A stretch of DNA of 64,000 bases from the human T2T-CHM13v2.0 reference genome, Homo sapiens: the NCBI RefSeq assembly GCF_009914755.1, contig NC_060925.1, one strand, 5' to 3'. Shown piece after piece: positions 1-28,183 of this stretch (positions within the stretch are counted from its first letter, which is position 1; each line of letters starts with the position of its first letter). A program made the translations under genes and the position numbers. The notes beneath the pieces are model-generated. The model did not search any database and was not told where the DNA came from. It saw only the letters and a program-made list of their open reading frames with translations.

Positions 1-77
1 GTAAAAGCCCTTTTCATTCAACAGCACATTATAAACATATATAAACAGCATATTATAAACCCATGTCAACAAATGGA

Positions 78-5165
<5,088 letters not shown>

Positions 5166-5779
5166 GTTAGTGACATTGCTTATGTTTCATTATTAAGGTT
5201 GTTGTAGAATTTTGGTAGGTAGTCCTTTATTAAATTAAAGGTGTTTATTTTATATCTACCAAAAATTAATAGTTTTGGTTTTTTATGATATTGGAGTAGG
5301 TGTTAATTTTTTTTTTTTTTTCAGCATGAGTTGAGATGATCACATGGTTTTGGTCTTTTAATTTGTAAGTTACAGTAACTTATTATATTGAACCGTCCTT
5401 GTATTGGGAGAATTGGTATTGGTATACTATTTAATTTGCTAATATTTTATTTAGTTTTGCTTAAATGTTCATAATCAAGATCATAGCTTTCTCTTTTTGT
5501 GAATGTAATGTATTTGGTCAAAAACTATTATCCTGTTTTTGAAAGACGAATTCAGATTTATCAAAACACGTATATTCCCAAATCAGAATGTACCTATATT
5601 GATAGTAACAGCTTTGGGGTGCTTTATGAAAAGAAAATTTGAAGACTCCTAAACAGTAAATGTTTAAACAGAACATTTTTTTCAAGGGATATGATGAAAA
5701 TTTATAATTTGTTAATTATTTCTCCTTTTATATGTTACTCTTCATAATTCTCCTAAGTGTAAATTTTGTTTCTCTTTAG

Positions 5780-5843
5780 GTACGCATAGCTGCTAAATTC
5801 ATCACTCATGCACCCCCAGGGGAATTTAATGAAGTATTCAATG
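5780..5843 (+). CDS. CAPZA1: F-actin capping protein alpha-1, exon 2 (VRIAAKFITHAPPGEFNEVFN)
   Basis: ttctctttag acceptor and gtgagt donor; 64 nt; peptide recognised as the CapZ alpha N-terminal region. Exon 1 (39 coding nt) lies upstream of the window. Confidence 0.96.
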
Positions 5844-6912
5844 GTGAGTAAAGATTAGTATTTTAATCCCTCCTTAATTACCATTATTTATTGAGTACTT
5901 GCTGTCTGTTTTAATTCTTACGACTTGTTGTAGCCATAGCTAAGTAAATCAAGATTCAAAAAAATTGAAATAACTTGTCCAAGGTCCCCCAGTTAGTAAA
6001 TGTCAAAGCAAGAATTCAAACCCAGGTCTGAGTGAAAATAAAGCTCCTAACCCATAAATTAGGATGCCTATCTTATGTGAGAAAAGATTTAATGCAGATT
6101 AGTATCAATAAATGTAGAAACAATACTAAATTATTTTCATAGTTTTATTTTTATCGTTATAGATCATAGCTTAATTTTCTTCATTGCTTTCACTTAGGAA
6201 GTCACATGATATGGAACACTTTTTTGGGCCAGTGGGGCTGAACTGACTATATCTGGGGAGCTTATTAAATATGCAGATTCAACTTTATCTTCCCCTCAAG
6301 ATTCACATTCATTAGATCTGAGGTGGAACTGGTTAATCTGTATTTCATCAAGTTCTTTACCAGGTGATTCTGAATCGCAGCAGGTTGGGGAACCACAATT
6401 AAATACATTTACAACTTTCCATACTATCTGCTGTCTTAATACATTTTACAAGATGGAAAATGTGATGGAGCATCTTAAACTTCATGGTGAAATAAATAAT
6501 CATAATCCCATTTTAAGTTATTAAGTTTGTCTTAAAGATGCCTTAAGCAAAATAATAATTGTTGTGCATCTTGGTTCAGTTTAGCAAACATTTATTTTGA
6601 GATTCTAATTTTATATTAGAAAGTTAGCTACTCGAGAGGAACTGTATGATATTCCTTTGTACCTGGCCCAGATGGTAGAACAGTCAATAATAATCTTTAT
6701 TGCTAAAATTGGAAAAAGTAACTAGGAGAAACATAAACATTTGCTTCAGGGAGTATAAGATATAATAGAAGTAAATCAAGATATTTTTTCTAAAATTGTT
6801 TGTGGATTTTGAGCACCAACAGCAAAGGAAACAAATGCAGCCTTTTTCTAGTCTTTTACATTGACTAAATGTAAATTCTTAGTAACATTTTTAATAAATT
6901 TTCCTGTTGAAT

Positions 6913-7546
<634 letters not shown>

Positions 7547-7987
7547 GGTGACTAGACTTCTGATACACAGCTTTTTAAAAAGGTTGTAGACCCCACATTA
7601 GATTCTCCAAGGTTAAGAATTTCACTCTTACTGACTGAATTGTGCCCAGCTTTCTTGATATGATGTTGTAGAAACGCCTGCAATTCTTAATCTATGCTCA
7701 TATTAAAGGATTCATTTAAATACAGAATTAACACTCTTTAACTGTAGCTTTCTGTAAACCATGTTTGTCATTTGCTATAAAGTTCCTTGAGACTATATAG
7801 CACACATAATTGTACACAAATCTGTGAACATTAGCATCTTTTTATTTGCATGTTTAGAATTTCTACTCATATAGTACACCTGAAGACTAATTTTACAAAG
7901 CCTGACATTTAAAAATTCAATCTAGAAATCTGCTAAAATTTCTCAAATTTATCCTCCACTGAACATTGTAACATTTTTCCTCCTCAG

Positions 7988-8039
7988 ACGTTCGGCTACT
8001 ACTTAATAATGACAATCTCCTCAGGGAAGGGGCAGCACA
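7988..8039 (+). CDS. CAPZA1: CAPZA1 exon 3 (DVRLLLNNDNLLREGAAH)
   Basis: cctcag acceptor, gtaagt donor, 52 nt, phase continues from exon 2. Confidence 0.96.
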
Positions 8040-9386
8040 GTAAGTATCTTTCCAAATCCACTTAGAATGTTACTCTAACATTGGATAAACTATGTTGACA
8101 GTAAACTAGCACCCTGAAAACAAAGTTTAAAATACTTCAAAGTAAAGCAGTTGGTTTTAGCAATTTTCGTTGTTTTTTTTAATTGGAGAAAACATGTTCC
8201 CCCAATTGTTGTTTACTTCCTCAAAGCTTACTATAATATATGAACTAGTTTTTATTTCTGCCCACATTTGCCCGATTAAAGCAGAGTTTAATGTTAGCTG
8301 TTAGGTTTTCCTTTATAGTTGTTCTAGTTCGTGTTGAATTTTTTTAAACAGCTAGCTATACATAGGAATGATCTGCCAGTGAGGAATGATAATGTTTAAG
8401 AATAGCAAATATTAATAAAGTGCCTTAATAGTTAAAATTAACCATAAGATAAAAGCATGATTAGCTTACCTAGTCATTGACTCCTTACCACTCTGAAGCT
8501 AATTAATCTTTCTAAAATATTTTCATTGTGTCCTTGCCTTCAAAAATATTACAGTGGTGCCTCTTTTTTTTTTTGATATCTTCTATAATAAAATCTAAAC
8601 TTGCTGTAGCTTTCAAGGCTCCCTGTTGTCTGGCTTTATCACTACTCTACTTTTCAACACAAAGTTCTGTTTCAGTTGCTGTCTACCCAACTGGCTCAGA
8701 GTTCCTTTGTAAAGAGTTGGATAATGGCTAGAGTGGGTAGGGATGGGGAGACAGGACAAGGACATGTTGATGCAGAGCAACAAATAATTATCATAAAGTC
8801 ATTGGGTATGATATATAATTGGTTTAGATTTTAGCCATAGAAAACAGTTGTAAGAGCTGCTGCCTGGGAAACAATAATCTGCCCTGTCCATGCTGCTTTT
8901 TTGGAACTCATTTTGGGACTAGATTCTGCAAACGTAGAATTTGCACAGCTTTACTGTAATTGTCATCGTGAATGATACCCTAATTATACATTGATTTAAG
9001 GAAGCTAGGCTCACATCGGAGATATACTCTAATGATGGTTTCTCTTAGATTCATAGAATCTGCCATAGAAAAGGACATTCATGATTTGCTAGTTTAACTC
9101 CTCTCTACTTTCTTTCACTGAAAGAATCTCATCAACATCTGTCAATAGACAGTTATCTAATCTGAATGCTTCTAATAATAAGGAATTCACAATCTCACAA
9201 GGCAAGTTCTTCAATTTGCCTGCCATATTGGTCCCAGTTTTATCCTTGAGAACTACCCACAGTAAATATGCTCTGTACGTCACTTGATAAGCTGAAAGGG
9301 GTGGATGTTGAATATCACCTAAGTGTCATTGCAACCTAAAGCCTGTTATCCTCTTTCCAATAGAACCAAAGAGAAGTTGGTATGTA

Positions 9387-9414
9387 GCTTCTCGGCCTTT
9401 TGGCTAAGATTAAG
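9387..9414 (+). pseudogene. 3'-truncated U2 snRNA retropseudogene (about U2 nt 4-31) with 19-bp target-site duplication
   Basis: gcttctcggccttttggctaagattaag matches the U2 5' end with one mismatch; flanked by aagagaagttggtatgtag at 9369-9387 and 9412-9430. Confidence 0.88.
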
Positions 9415-10358
9415 AGAAGTTGGTATGTAGTTCAGATACTTCATTTTCTTTAATTGCACTGACACTAAAGCTTTGTATTTATAACTATTCTGGTTCTTAT
9501 AGACTATAGGTTCTTGGGGAACCCTCTTGTTAAGAGAATTTTCCTGGACCCAAATATTTGATTTTCCATAGAGAAGAAAAATTCAGTTTTATTTCTGTAT
9601 TAAAGCATTTCAGTCCCTTGGCCATAGTCCTCATAGTAACTGCTCAATTAATGTTTTCATAATCATTGTCATAATTATTGCCTTCAGTCTGTATAAAATG
9701 AAGGGCTTGAAGTAGCTAAGATTTACCATCTTTCCTGGATTTCCACCAGTTTCTGGCCACCAGAACCATCCCCAGATAATTCCAGCGCTTCTGGAATAAA
9801 TAGGGTGTTGTAAGTTATGTTAAAGAGTGAATTTCATTCTGACAGAGATAGGAAGTAAGATTGTTTTGAGTAGAGAATAACATAATGAGACTTATATTTT
9901 AGAATAATCACTAGCTCCTGTGTAGAGGGGCAAAAGCTGAGGTAAGATGAGTAATTCCAAGACAATGAGAATAGTTCAGGGATAGATGCTACTGGTTGGA
10001 CTAGAGTGGTAGCAGTGGGGGTGGTGGGAAGAAGTCAGATTCTGAATATGTACTTAAGTAGAGCCTACAAGATTTACTGATGGACTGGATGTGAAGTGTG
10101 AGAAAAAGAGAAGAATCAAAGATCACCCCAAGTTTTTGGCTTAGGCAGCTGGTAAAATGGAGATGCTGTTTACTTGAGATGGAATTAAAGGTAAGGACAT
10201 TTTGGTGTTGGTGTTGGTAATCTATAGTCTTAGGACATATACTAGAATAAAATATTTACTTCCTACTCGTTTTTTTTTTAAACTAACATTTATTCTACTT
10301 TTTATGAATAAATTGTATCCTTTCTGAAGAGCTAATGTGTTTGGGATTAATTTTGCTA

Positions 10359-11880
<1,522 letters not shown>

Positions 11881-12148
11881 CTTTGGAATTGTCTAAGCAG
11901 AAGGTCTTTTGGAGCTCAGGAGCAGAGAGGAAAAGGTAATTTCAGAGTTTAAGGAGCTTCCAAGATCTCCGTAGAGAGGAGTCCCTTCAGAAAGCTGGAA
12001 GGCATTATGTTAACACTGGATGTCTGGGGAGAAGGGAAAAGTACAGGGTACTATTTTCACATTTCCTTTCACTATTCTGTGAACCACCTTTTGTGTTTAT
12101 TTACACATAATTCTTTTCTCTCTCCCTCTTTTTTTTTTTTTTTTTTAA

Positions 12149-12247
<99 letters not shown>

Positions 12248-12987
12248 TAGACAGGCTATGCCTGGCAGATAGTAGAGATCCTATTAATGGAAACCAAAGC
12301 AGATGTCTGAACCAGGTGCTGAATAAATTTGTCTTAGTTTTTATAGTTTTTGTGTGTACTGTACGTGTTAGGATATTCTTCTCTTTCTCATAACACTAGC
12401 AGTTTCTTTGACAAGAAAGGAGAGCAGCCTCTTAACAAGAACAGTGAAAATGGAAGTATTTAAGTTTTACAGGTTTTCCAGCTGTCTTTAATTCTCCTTG
12501 ATAAGAGTAACAACAGACATTATATTTAATGGAAAAACAGAGGCGTTCCTCCTGAAATTTAGACTACTTATTTATTACTTTAGGATTTTGGTGGTTGGGA
12601 AATGGGATGAGAAAACAGTTCACTTTGTGTATTTTTTCATTTTTGAACCATGTGAATGTATTACCTATTTTAAATGCTAAGTGTAATGGCCCTAAAGTTT
12701 CATAATGACTCTGGAAAAATATGTGAAAAAAATACAAAAGTGTACATAAAAGTTATTACAGCTATGTATAAAGTACATATATAGTTATGTATAAGTATAT
12801 ATTAGAAACCAAGAAATGAATATTATTAGTATGGGGGATATTTTGTAGTTTAAAGTTGACTTATTCATAAATACAATATTCTTAATAATACGGGACTTGG
12901 TTGAAAAATTAATATGAAAGAAATCTGACTAAATGAAAAGTTAACTGCCTCAGAATTTTTATTGATGTGTTTCATAAAAGGCAGTAA

Positions 12988-13338
<351 letters not shown>

Positions 13339-13761
13339 TAGCCATGCTCTCTTCTCCTCTGCATTTTATTCCCTAAATCATTTTGGAAAGGGGTATAAAT
13401 GAAATTTTTATATGGAAAATTTCTTTTTAAAATCCCAATGCACAAAAAATTTAGGTATCAGTGTATTCTGTTTTCACATTTGACTTATGAAAAATGCCTT
13501 ACACCCATCAGAAAAAGGTCTTTGGTTTTTCTTTTTTTCTTTCTTTTTTTTAAATTAACCTTTTAAATTAATTTTTTTTTGTTTGTATTTTTACCCAGAT
13601 CTAAAAGGTCTTTGGTTTGGACATGGAGAAAAAAATGGTATACTAAGATTGTTGAGAGAGCTTTTGCTCATATTTATGACTTTTTGATATAGGCATTTTT
13701 ACACAAACTACTTCTACATAGTTTAGATGTTTATATTCAGTAATCAAAGCTATTAGAACTA

Positions 13762-16519
<2,758 letters not shown>

Positions 16520-17600
16520 TAAATGTAGGCATTCCCCCAAAGTTCATAATTCATTTAATGCAGGTAAAGTAACACAGACTTCGGTGTCACAAAAACAGTG
16601 GGTTTGGATTCTACCTTTACCACTTCCGGAGTGACCTTAGGCAAGAAGCTTTGTGAACTTCAACTTCTTATCTGTAGATAACACTGTATTTCATCAGATT
16701 TATTAGAGGAAAAAGAAAATACATGTAAGAACATATTTTGTGGACTATAAAGCACTATTTTTTTTTTCTTACTTTCCCTTGGTGATTGCATTTCCATTCA
16801 CCTCTCCCACACTAAAGAAGAGTTAGTGTTTCTAACTACTAACTAGACATCTCCATCTGTAATTTCCAGTTTGTTAATGACACCACCATCTTTTTAGTCA
16901 CTCTTGAGTTCCTTCTTTCCTTTGCCCATCATTTGCAATATACTGCTAGACTTTGATTGTACTTCTACATTCTGTGTGCAACTCTTCCTTTCCATTCCCA
17001 TTAATATAACTCTGACTTGTTGCCTAGATTAATCCTGTGGCCTCCTAACCAAGCTTCAGCTTTTCTTCGTTTTATCTTGAATACCAGTATTGATTATTCT
17101 CCCACAATATTAGTTCTAGTCATGTTTTGCTGTCTCTCCATTGCCTATAGAATAAAATCTTAAACTTCTTACTTTACATCTACTATTACATGACCTAAAT
17201 CTACCATCCTGTTTTGTCTTTCATTAGTCCACTTCACACACACCCTTTAAACCTGACAGTCTTGTTCACTGAACAAGTCCTTAGTTTCCTGTCTTGCCTT
17301 TATTTTCAGTCTCTGCTTATCAGAATCTCATCTGTCTTGTATGACCCAGCCTAAATGGCACCCGCCTTCTACCCCAAACCAAGAGCAGTATTTCCCTCTG
17401 TTTTCATTGTATCACTGTCTCTGGTAGAACCTAACATGTTCTGCTTTGTTTTCATATCCCATGTGCACTATTGTGTTCTAAGCTCATTTTATGTGATTCT
17501 TTGTCTCCCCCAAGGATTTAACACTCTGCTTTTGTACAATGCATGTTGTTTAAATTAAAAGTGTTTGGAGTCTTTAACTATTTTTTTTTCCCAACAATAG

Positions 17601-17680
17601 GTTTATGCTAAAACTATCGATGGGCAACAGACTATTATTGCATGTATTGAAAGCCACCAGTTTCAGCCTAAAAACTTCTG
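17601..17680 (+). CDS. CAPZA1: CAPZA1 exon 6 (VYAKTIDGQQTIIACIESHQFQPKNFW)
   Basis: aatag acceptor, gtaaga donor, 80 nt. Confidence 0.96.
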
Positions 17681-18148
17681 GTAAGAAGTAGATATTCTCT
17701 TCTATTTACATCTGAAAGAAACCAGCAGTTGAGACTTGGTTTTTAATCCAACTAGCTTGGAATAATTATTTAACTTACAGACTTCAGTTTTCCATCTATA
17801 AATGAGGGATTTAGATTCCTTACAGTTCTAAGGTTTTATAATTATATTTTCCTTTAAAAGTTACTCTTATTTTGAGTGAGAACAAGTGATTAGTAAAGTG
17901 CCCTGTTGAAAATCTGAGTTTTACTTGGCTTAGGGTTACTGCTACTTGAGTTAATTGTGTAACTCAGCAGCCTATTCATCTGATTTTGGAAGAGCCTCCC
18001 ATGAGCAGAATAGGCATGGTTTTCCATTTCAAGGGAAAAAAGGAAAAATGAAAGACAAAATAACTTAGAAAAGGCTTATGGTCAGGCCACTTAGATCCAG
18101 ACTTACATTTGAGTAGACAGAGCTTTGGGTTTGCCAAACTGGAAATGA

Positions 18149-18400
<252 letters not shown>

Positions 18401-18832
18401 TAAAACATGTGCAGGTTGCTTTGGTATTAAATAAGGACCAAGTATGTGTAGATGCAAAGGGAGACTGATGGCAGTGAATAGAAATAGAAGCCTCCTTCTT
18501 GGGGTGGTAAACAGAGAGAGCTATTCTGAGTTGATAAAGGATAGCATGTAGAGTGTATGGCAACATGGTTATTGTTATTTTTCCTTCAATGGTAACATAA
18601 GATATAACTAGGAATTATCAAACAGCAGTTTTAGGAAAGATTTAAAATTAATAATAATAATAATTATTATTTTTTGGGACAGAGTTTCACTCCATCACCC
18701 AGACTGGAGTGCAGTGACGTGATCTCAGCTAACTGCAACCTCCACCTCCCAGCCCAGGCTGGGTTAATTCCTAAAAATTATAACTAGAGAGAATGGCAGG
18801 TGTTTTGGAATATAAATAGCCAAGCAGAAGTA

Positions 18833-18870
18833 GATTGATTGATTGATTGATTGATTGACTGATTGATTGA
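18833..18870. repeat. (GATT)n microsatellite derived from an Alu tail
   Basis: About 9 units with one GACT interruption. Confidence 0.9.
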
Positions 18871-19295
18871 TTTTTGAGATGGAGTTTTGCTCTTATTGCC
18901 CAGGCTGGAGGTGCAATGGCATGATCTCGGCTCTTCGCAATCTCTGGCTCCTGGGTTCAGGTGATTCTCCTGCCTCGGCCTCCCGAGTAGCTGGGATTAC
19001 AGGCATGCGCCATCACGCCTAGCTAATTTTCTATTTTTAGTACAGGCGGGGTTTCTCCATGTTGGTTAGGCTGGTCTCGATCTCCTGACCTCAGGTGATC
19101 CACCCGCCTCGGCCTCCCAAAATGCTGGGATTACAGGCGTGAGCCACTGCACCTGGCCCAGAAGTAGATTTTTAATGCTGATGTCAGGGTAGACAGGCAG
19201 CTGAATAAGATAGCTGTTAACTCATTTGATGCCTGTCTGGATTGAAGTTTAATATCCTAGCAGAGGTTTGACTTTCTAAACTCAGGGTGATTTAA

Positions 19296-19655
<360 letters not shown>

Positions 19656-19769
19656 TGAACTCCTGACCTCAGGTGAGCCACTGTGCCCAGCCAAGAGTTG
19701 TCTTTTTTAATGCTCTAATTTAATCAAGTGCATAGGTAATAAATTCTGTAAAAGTAAATCTGCTCTTTT

Positions 19770-20134
19770 TATATATACCTATAGCTTCCTGCAACAAGTA
19801 GCTCCTGGCCATAGGAGCATGCCCAACTCAGGTGAGACAGGCTGGTGTTGAGTTCACAGCTCTAGGAGGAGCCCTCAGTGATATGTAAGAGTTGGTAGAT
19901 AAATATGGCAGCTTCCTCAAGTAGGACAACTTTCAAGCACATTCTGTTTAGTCTTCCGGAGCCCAATACCCACAGCTGTAACCTGCTCATAAACGTACCT
20001 CTAAGGCTTCCTTCCCTTCTGTGTCCCACTTCTTCTGTCCCCTACTGTAGCTTTGTGAGATTCGCTCCTGAATAAACTACTTTTTCTCTAATCTTTGTCT
20101 TGGGGTCTCCTTCTGGGAAGGTGCAACCTAAGAC
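19770..20134. mobile_element. Degraded ERVL-type LTR (LTR16-like)
   Basis: aataaactact...gtctccttctgggaa...aacctaagaca terminus. Confidence 0.5.
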
Positions 20135-20943
20135 AGCATACTGTTCTGTTTCTGTTAACAAAATATCTTAGTAGCCTAGCGCTCTAGATCTCTTGTAACT
20201 GTGGCATTAGCATTAACTTCCTAGAACCATGGTATCAGCATTGTAGAAGCTTATTGTAAATTTTGTGTAAATAAATTTTACTTTGTTTCTAGATGGAAAC
20301 AGCCATTTGTATTTTAGCTCTGCCAGTGCAAACCTATAAAATAAGAGCACACATCACAAAGGGTGATAATTTATGGTAAGATTCAAAATACAGCCCAGTG
20401 TACAGACCCACATTTAAACCTTTTTAAGCACAGATTGAGCACACTTTTGGGGAAAGCTTATTTCATTTACATATCTTTTAAATTTTGGAGTGAGAATTAT
20501 TTGGAAAAGTCGTTAAGATATTTAGCCTTTCAGGCTAGTCTATAGGCAAAAACATCGTTCTGAGAAGGCAACAATTTCTGAGGATTTATGTTGATGACAA
20601 TCATGTTGAAATTTGTGTTAGTTAATTGAACCATTTTCATATTAGCAGATGAGACCTAGAAAAGGTCTTAGAACACATAAGTTTTGAGCTTAATTTCTTT
20701 CTTGAAACGGTGTATCTCAACTCTGTCACCTAGGCTGGAGTGCAGTGGTGCTTTCATAGCTCACTGCAACCTCAAACTCCTCAACTAAATGATCCTCCCA
20801 CCTCATCCTCCCAAGCACCTAGTGCTACAAGCACATACCACTGTACCTGGCCAACTTTTTTTATTTTTTTGTAGAGTCGGGGTCTCACTATATTGCCCAG
20901 GCTGGGTTAATTTCTAAAAATTATAATAACATTAGTGTATTAG

Positions 20944-21102
<159 letters not shown>

Positions 21103-21386
21103 TGAGTAGCTGGTACCACAGGCGCCCGCCACCATACCTGGCTAATTTTTTGTATTTTTAGTAGAGACAGGGTTTCACTGTGTTAGCCAGGCTGGTCTCG
21201 AACTCCTGACCTTGTGATCCGCCTCCCTCAGCTTCCCAAAATGCTGGGATTACAGGCGTGAGCCACTGCGCCTGGCCCTAGAATTTTTCATTGAGATCAA
21301 AAACAGTGAGGCTTATTGACCTTACCCTATATTCCTTTCCATGTCCTAATTAAAAAACATAACAGAAGTTCAAACTAATTGTATAG

Positions 21387-21746
<360 letters not shown>

Positions 21747-22037
21747 TAGCCAGGATGATCTTGATCTCCTGACCTCGTGATGCGCCTACCTTGGCCTCCC
21801 AAAGTGCTGGGATTACAGGCGTGAGCCACTGCACCCGGCTCATTCCCCTTTTGAATGTTCTTTTCAGTCCCTGAACCTCTAGTTTTTTTAATGAAAAAAC
21901 AAACAAAACTGATATTTGATTGTGACCTACTTGTATTTTAAATATTCTTATCTATTGGGATTTTAACCTTTATATGTCATCATCATTTAGCCCAGTCTTT
22001 TTTGCCCACATCTTTGCTGTTCTGATTTTACATGTAA

Positions 22038-22385
<348 letters not shown>

Positions 22386-23293
22386 TAGATTCTTATATTG
22401 TCTTTTCTTCTTTAACCTCTTAGAAAGCCAAAAGGTAAAATTTCAGGGTTTAGAGAGGGTATGGAAAGTCTAGCTTCTCATGCCCATCTGGATAGAGCCA
22501 GCTGTTTGTCCTCATTCAAGAAGATACTTGCCGGGCACGGTGGCTCACGCCTGTAATCCCAGCACTTTGGGAAGCCAAAGCAGGGGGATCATGAGGTCAA
22601 GAGATCGAGACCAGCCTGGGCAACACAGTGAAACCCCATCTCTGTTAAAAATACAAAAATTAGCTGGCCATGGTGGCACGCACCTGTAGTCCCAGCTACG
22701 TGGGAGGCTGAGGCAGGAGAATTGCTTGAACCCAGGAGGCAGAGGTTGCAGTGAGCCGACATCAGCCACTGTGCTCCAGCTTGGGCGACAGAGCGTGACA
22801 CTGTCTCAAAAAAAAAAAAAAAAAAGATACTTATTTTTGTCCTTTAAACAAGGATAGGTAGGGGGTTCTTGTTGTCCAGGAAAGTCTTTTTGTTGCAAAT
22901 AGCTTTCTGCCTAGATGAAGCTTGACTGTTAGTTATGCCCTTCTAATGATATCCACAAAGAGTAAGCCCCTGCTGAGACACTATTTCTCCCCAGATCAAG
23001 GAATTTCTAACTTTTTGACAAAACATAGCATTGGGAGGTATTACATATGTTGGATAGCTCTGGAATTTGACCTAATTCAAATCCTAGCTCCTCCTCTTAC
23101 TAGGTGTGTGAACATGGATAAGTTATTGTTTAATAACTGCCTCAAGGCAAACTTCAGTTTCCTCAGCTGTAAAATAGGGTTAGTCGTAGTCCTCATCTCA
23201 TAAGAGTTTTTGTAAAGATTAAATGTGGTGGCCTAGCGCAGTGGCTCATGACTGTAATCCCAGTACTTTTGGGAGACCGAGGTGGGTGGATCA

Positions 23294-23509
<216 letters not shown>

Positions 23510-23718
23510 TCAAAAAAAAGGATTAAATGAGGGAATATAAGTAATAGTGAAGTGTTTGCACAGTGTCTAACACATAGTAAAGGCTTAATAAATAATAGCT
23601 CCTACAGCTAAGATTACTGAGTAAGTGAGATGAAGTAAGTGAAGATTACTGTTCTTCTCTTTTCCTTTTCTGCTTTATCCCTCAAAACATTCTGTTTTGT
23701 TCACATATCTCCTGGTAG

Positions 23719-24438
<720 letters not shown>

Positions 24439-25570
24439 TAGATAAATGGCATTACCTGGACTATTGTTCTGGCATTATGTCTCCAATAGCAGCTCCTTCG
24501 TTTTATTTTCTTCATAGCACAAGTATAATCTTTCTAAAACATTCCTTTTCCCGTGTGTCACCTATAATAGGATAACATCTGCATTCTTTTTTTTCCCTAA
24601 GATGGGGATCTTGCTATATTGCCCAGGCTGGTCTTAAACTTCTGGCCTCAAGTGATCCTCCCGTCTTAGCCTCCTGAGTAGTCTGAATTCTTAACATGGT
24701 TTATAAGGTGCTTTGTTCTTCACAGTCTGTGTTTCCACTTCATAGCAATGTCTCCTGCCACACTCCTTTTTTACACATATTCATATGCAGTGAGTTCTTT
24801 GTTCTTCTCCAAATTAAACCAGTTATACTCCATTCTGTTATACTTTTTTATCTCCTTGGTGTAGATGTCATTCTCTACCTGTCTACTTAGGTGACAACTA
24901 CTGTTTTCAAGATCCTATTCAAATGCACAAAAGGATACCCTCATCCTATTGTGTATGACCAATTAGTAGCCTTGTCAAGGTGACTAAACCTATCTTAAGT
25001 TGCCAAAACTTAACCTAAAATGTCATTGACTTGTTAGTCTCTTCTCCTTTTTGCTAATTGTTTGCATAATTGTAGCACTTCACTTTACCTTACATATTCA
25101 GAACTACTTTTATCTTACTTTTTAAAAATATCTGATTTACCAATAAAATATTTGTTTTTCTGTCCTGTCTTTAACCCTCAATGTGACTTTTCCTGTACCT
25201 GGTCAGTTCTGCTTACCAACATTGATGATAATGTATATGGAGAAATGTGCCAAATATTAGGTATGAGGATCCATTAAAATTCCTTGGTTTTCACAGAGAA
25301 AAACTAATGTTTAATAACTTTAATTATTTTAATATTGTTAAGAGTGGGATCTCATTTACCTTTGTATTCACAATGCCTAGCACAGTGCTTAGAATGTGAA
25401 AAGCATGTAATAAATGTTTCTTGAACTTAATAATCAGTTTTCCTTGCTAAGGAAAAAGCGTTCTTAAACTTAAGTGTTCTGTGGATTAATTAACCACCAT
25501 TGTGAATTACCACTGCTTATATTAATTATTTGTTCAGAGTTGGTAAAATGGCTCATCAACTTAAAGATAG

Positions 25571-25780
<210 letters not shown>

Positions 25781-26123
25781 TAGTTTTGATCCTGAGTGCT
25801 GATTCTGCCAGTAGAAATTCAGTTTGCTTTTAATGTTTTGATTTTGGCCACTTCTGTTAGTGCCTCTTATCACCAACCAGCATATATTAGTTCACAGTTT
25901 TTGACTCACAATATTGATTATGACTTTAGACAAATGTCCTTCTTAGTCGCTCTCTCAATTGTAATAGTTACTCAAGGACAGCAATACCTTCATTCAATAA
26001 ATACCAAGAGCAAGGAAAGTTTACCAAACTGCATCCTATAGGGCTGCATTTATATCATTAGAGAAACAACATTTTTAGGAGTATTCAATTAGAATGTTTT
26101 GTGGTTTGGTGGTGGTGGTCTAT

Positions 26124-27354
<1,231 letters not shown>

Positions 27355-28120
27355 TCTGCTTCATACCTTTCATTATCCCTGAAAGTGATAAAGTCATCAC
27401 ACATCATGTAGTTTCTAGGAAATTACATCATACACACATTACAGAGTGAAAGTGAAACAGGCAAATAACTTTGTGTTAGTATTATTATGAAAGTAGAAAA
27501 TAGTTTTGACCTCATAGTCTGTCTTAGGACTGCAGCTCTAGATATTAAATCCTACCCTCTTCCCTTTAATTCTGTTGTACTTAATGGTAACAGGAAGAGG
27601 GAGATTCATTTCATTTTAGACTTGAACCACGTGGTACAAAATGTGATTGGCTAGTTTAACATCATAAGTGGCAAATAAAGGCATATGTGAGCTTATGTAT
27701 ATGACTGATGTGTCCAAGGGCATTGTTCATACCATTTTAAACCAGAAATATTTTCAAGGCATCAAGGTTTCAAGACTTGATGATGTCTTTTGGGCGTACT
27801 GTGGTAGAGTGGAAACAGCATGGGTTTTTTTGGTGAAGACCTAATTTCAGATCCCATCTTTATCATTCAAAAGCTGTATAATTCTGGTCAAGTTGCTTAA
27901 GAGGATTCTGTTTTCTCATCTGCAAAATGGGGGTTATGATTATAACATAGTGTCTTCCATAGAGTTGTTGTGAGAATCAAAGGAGGGTAGTGGGCATGGG
28001 AACACTTGGAAAACTAGAAATTGTCATACAAATGTTAGTTAAGATGGACTTACTTTCAGGATCTTACTGCTTACACATTAAAAAAAAATCTGATTTTCCC
28101 CTTCTTCCTTCCTTCATTAG

Positions 28121-28183
28121 AATGAAGCCCAAACTGCCAAGGAGTTTATTAAAATCATAGAGAATGCAGAAAATGAGTATCAG
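28121..28183 (+). CDS. CAPZA1: CAPZA1 exon 9 (NEAQTAKEFIKIIENAENEYQ)
   Basis: cattag acceptor, gtaaga donor, 63 nt. Confidence 0.96.

Noticed and set aside
9369-9430. Repeat-spacer-repeat pattern superficially like a minimal CRISPR unit
   Set aside because: Only two repeats, in a human intron; the spacer is U2 snRNA sequence, so the repeats are a target-site duplication.
19660-19700. Alu missing about 40 bp between caggtga-like microhomologies
   Set aside because: Common microhomology-mediated deletion; TSDs intact and no functional implication visible.
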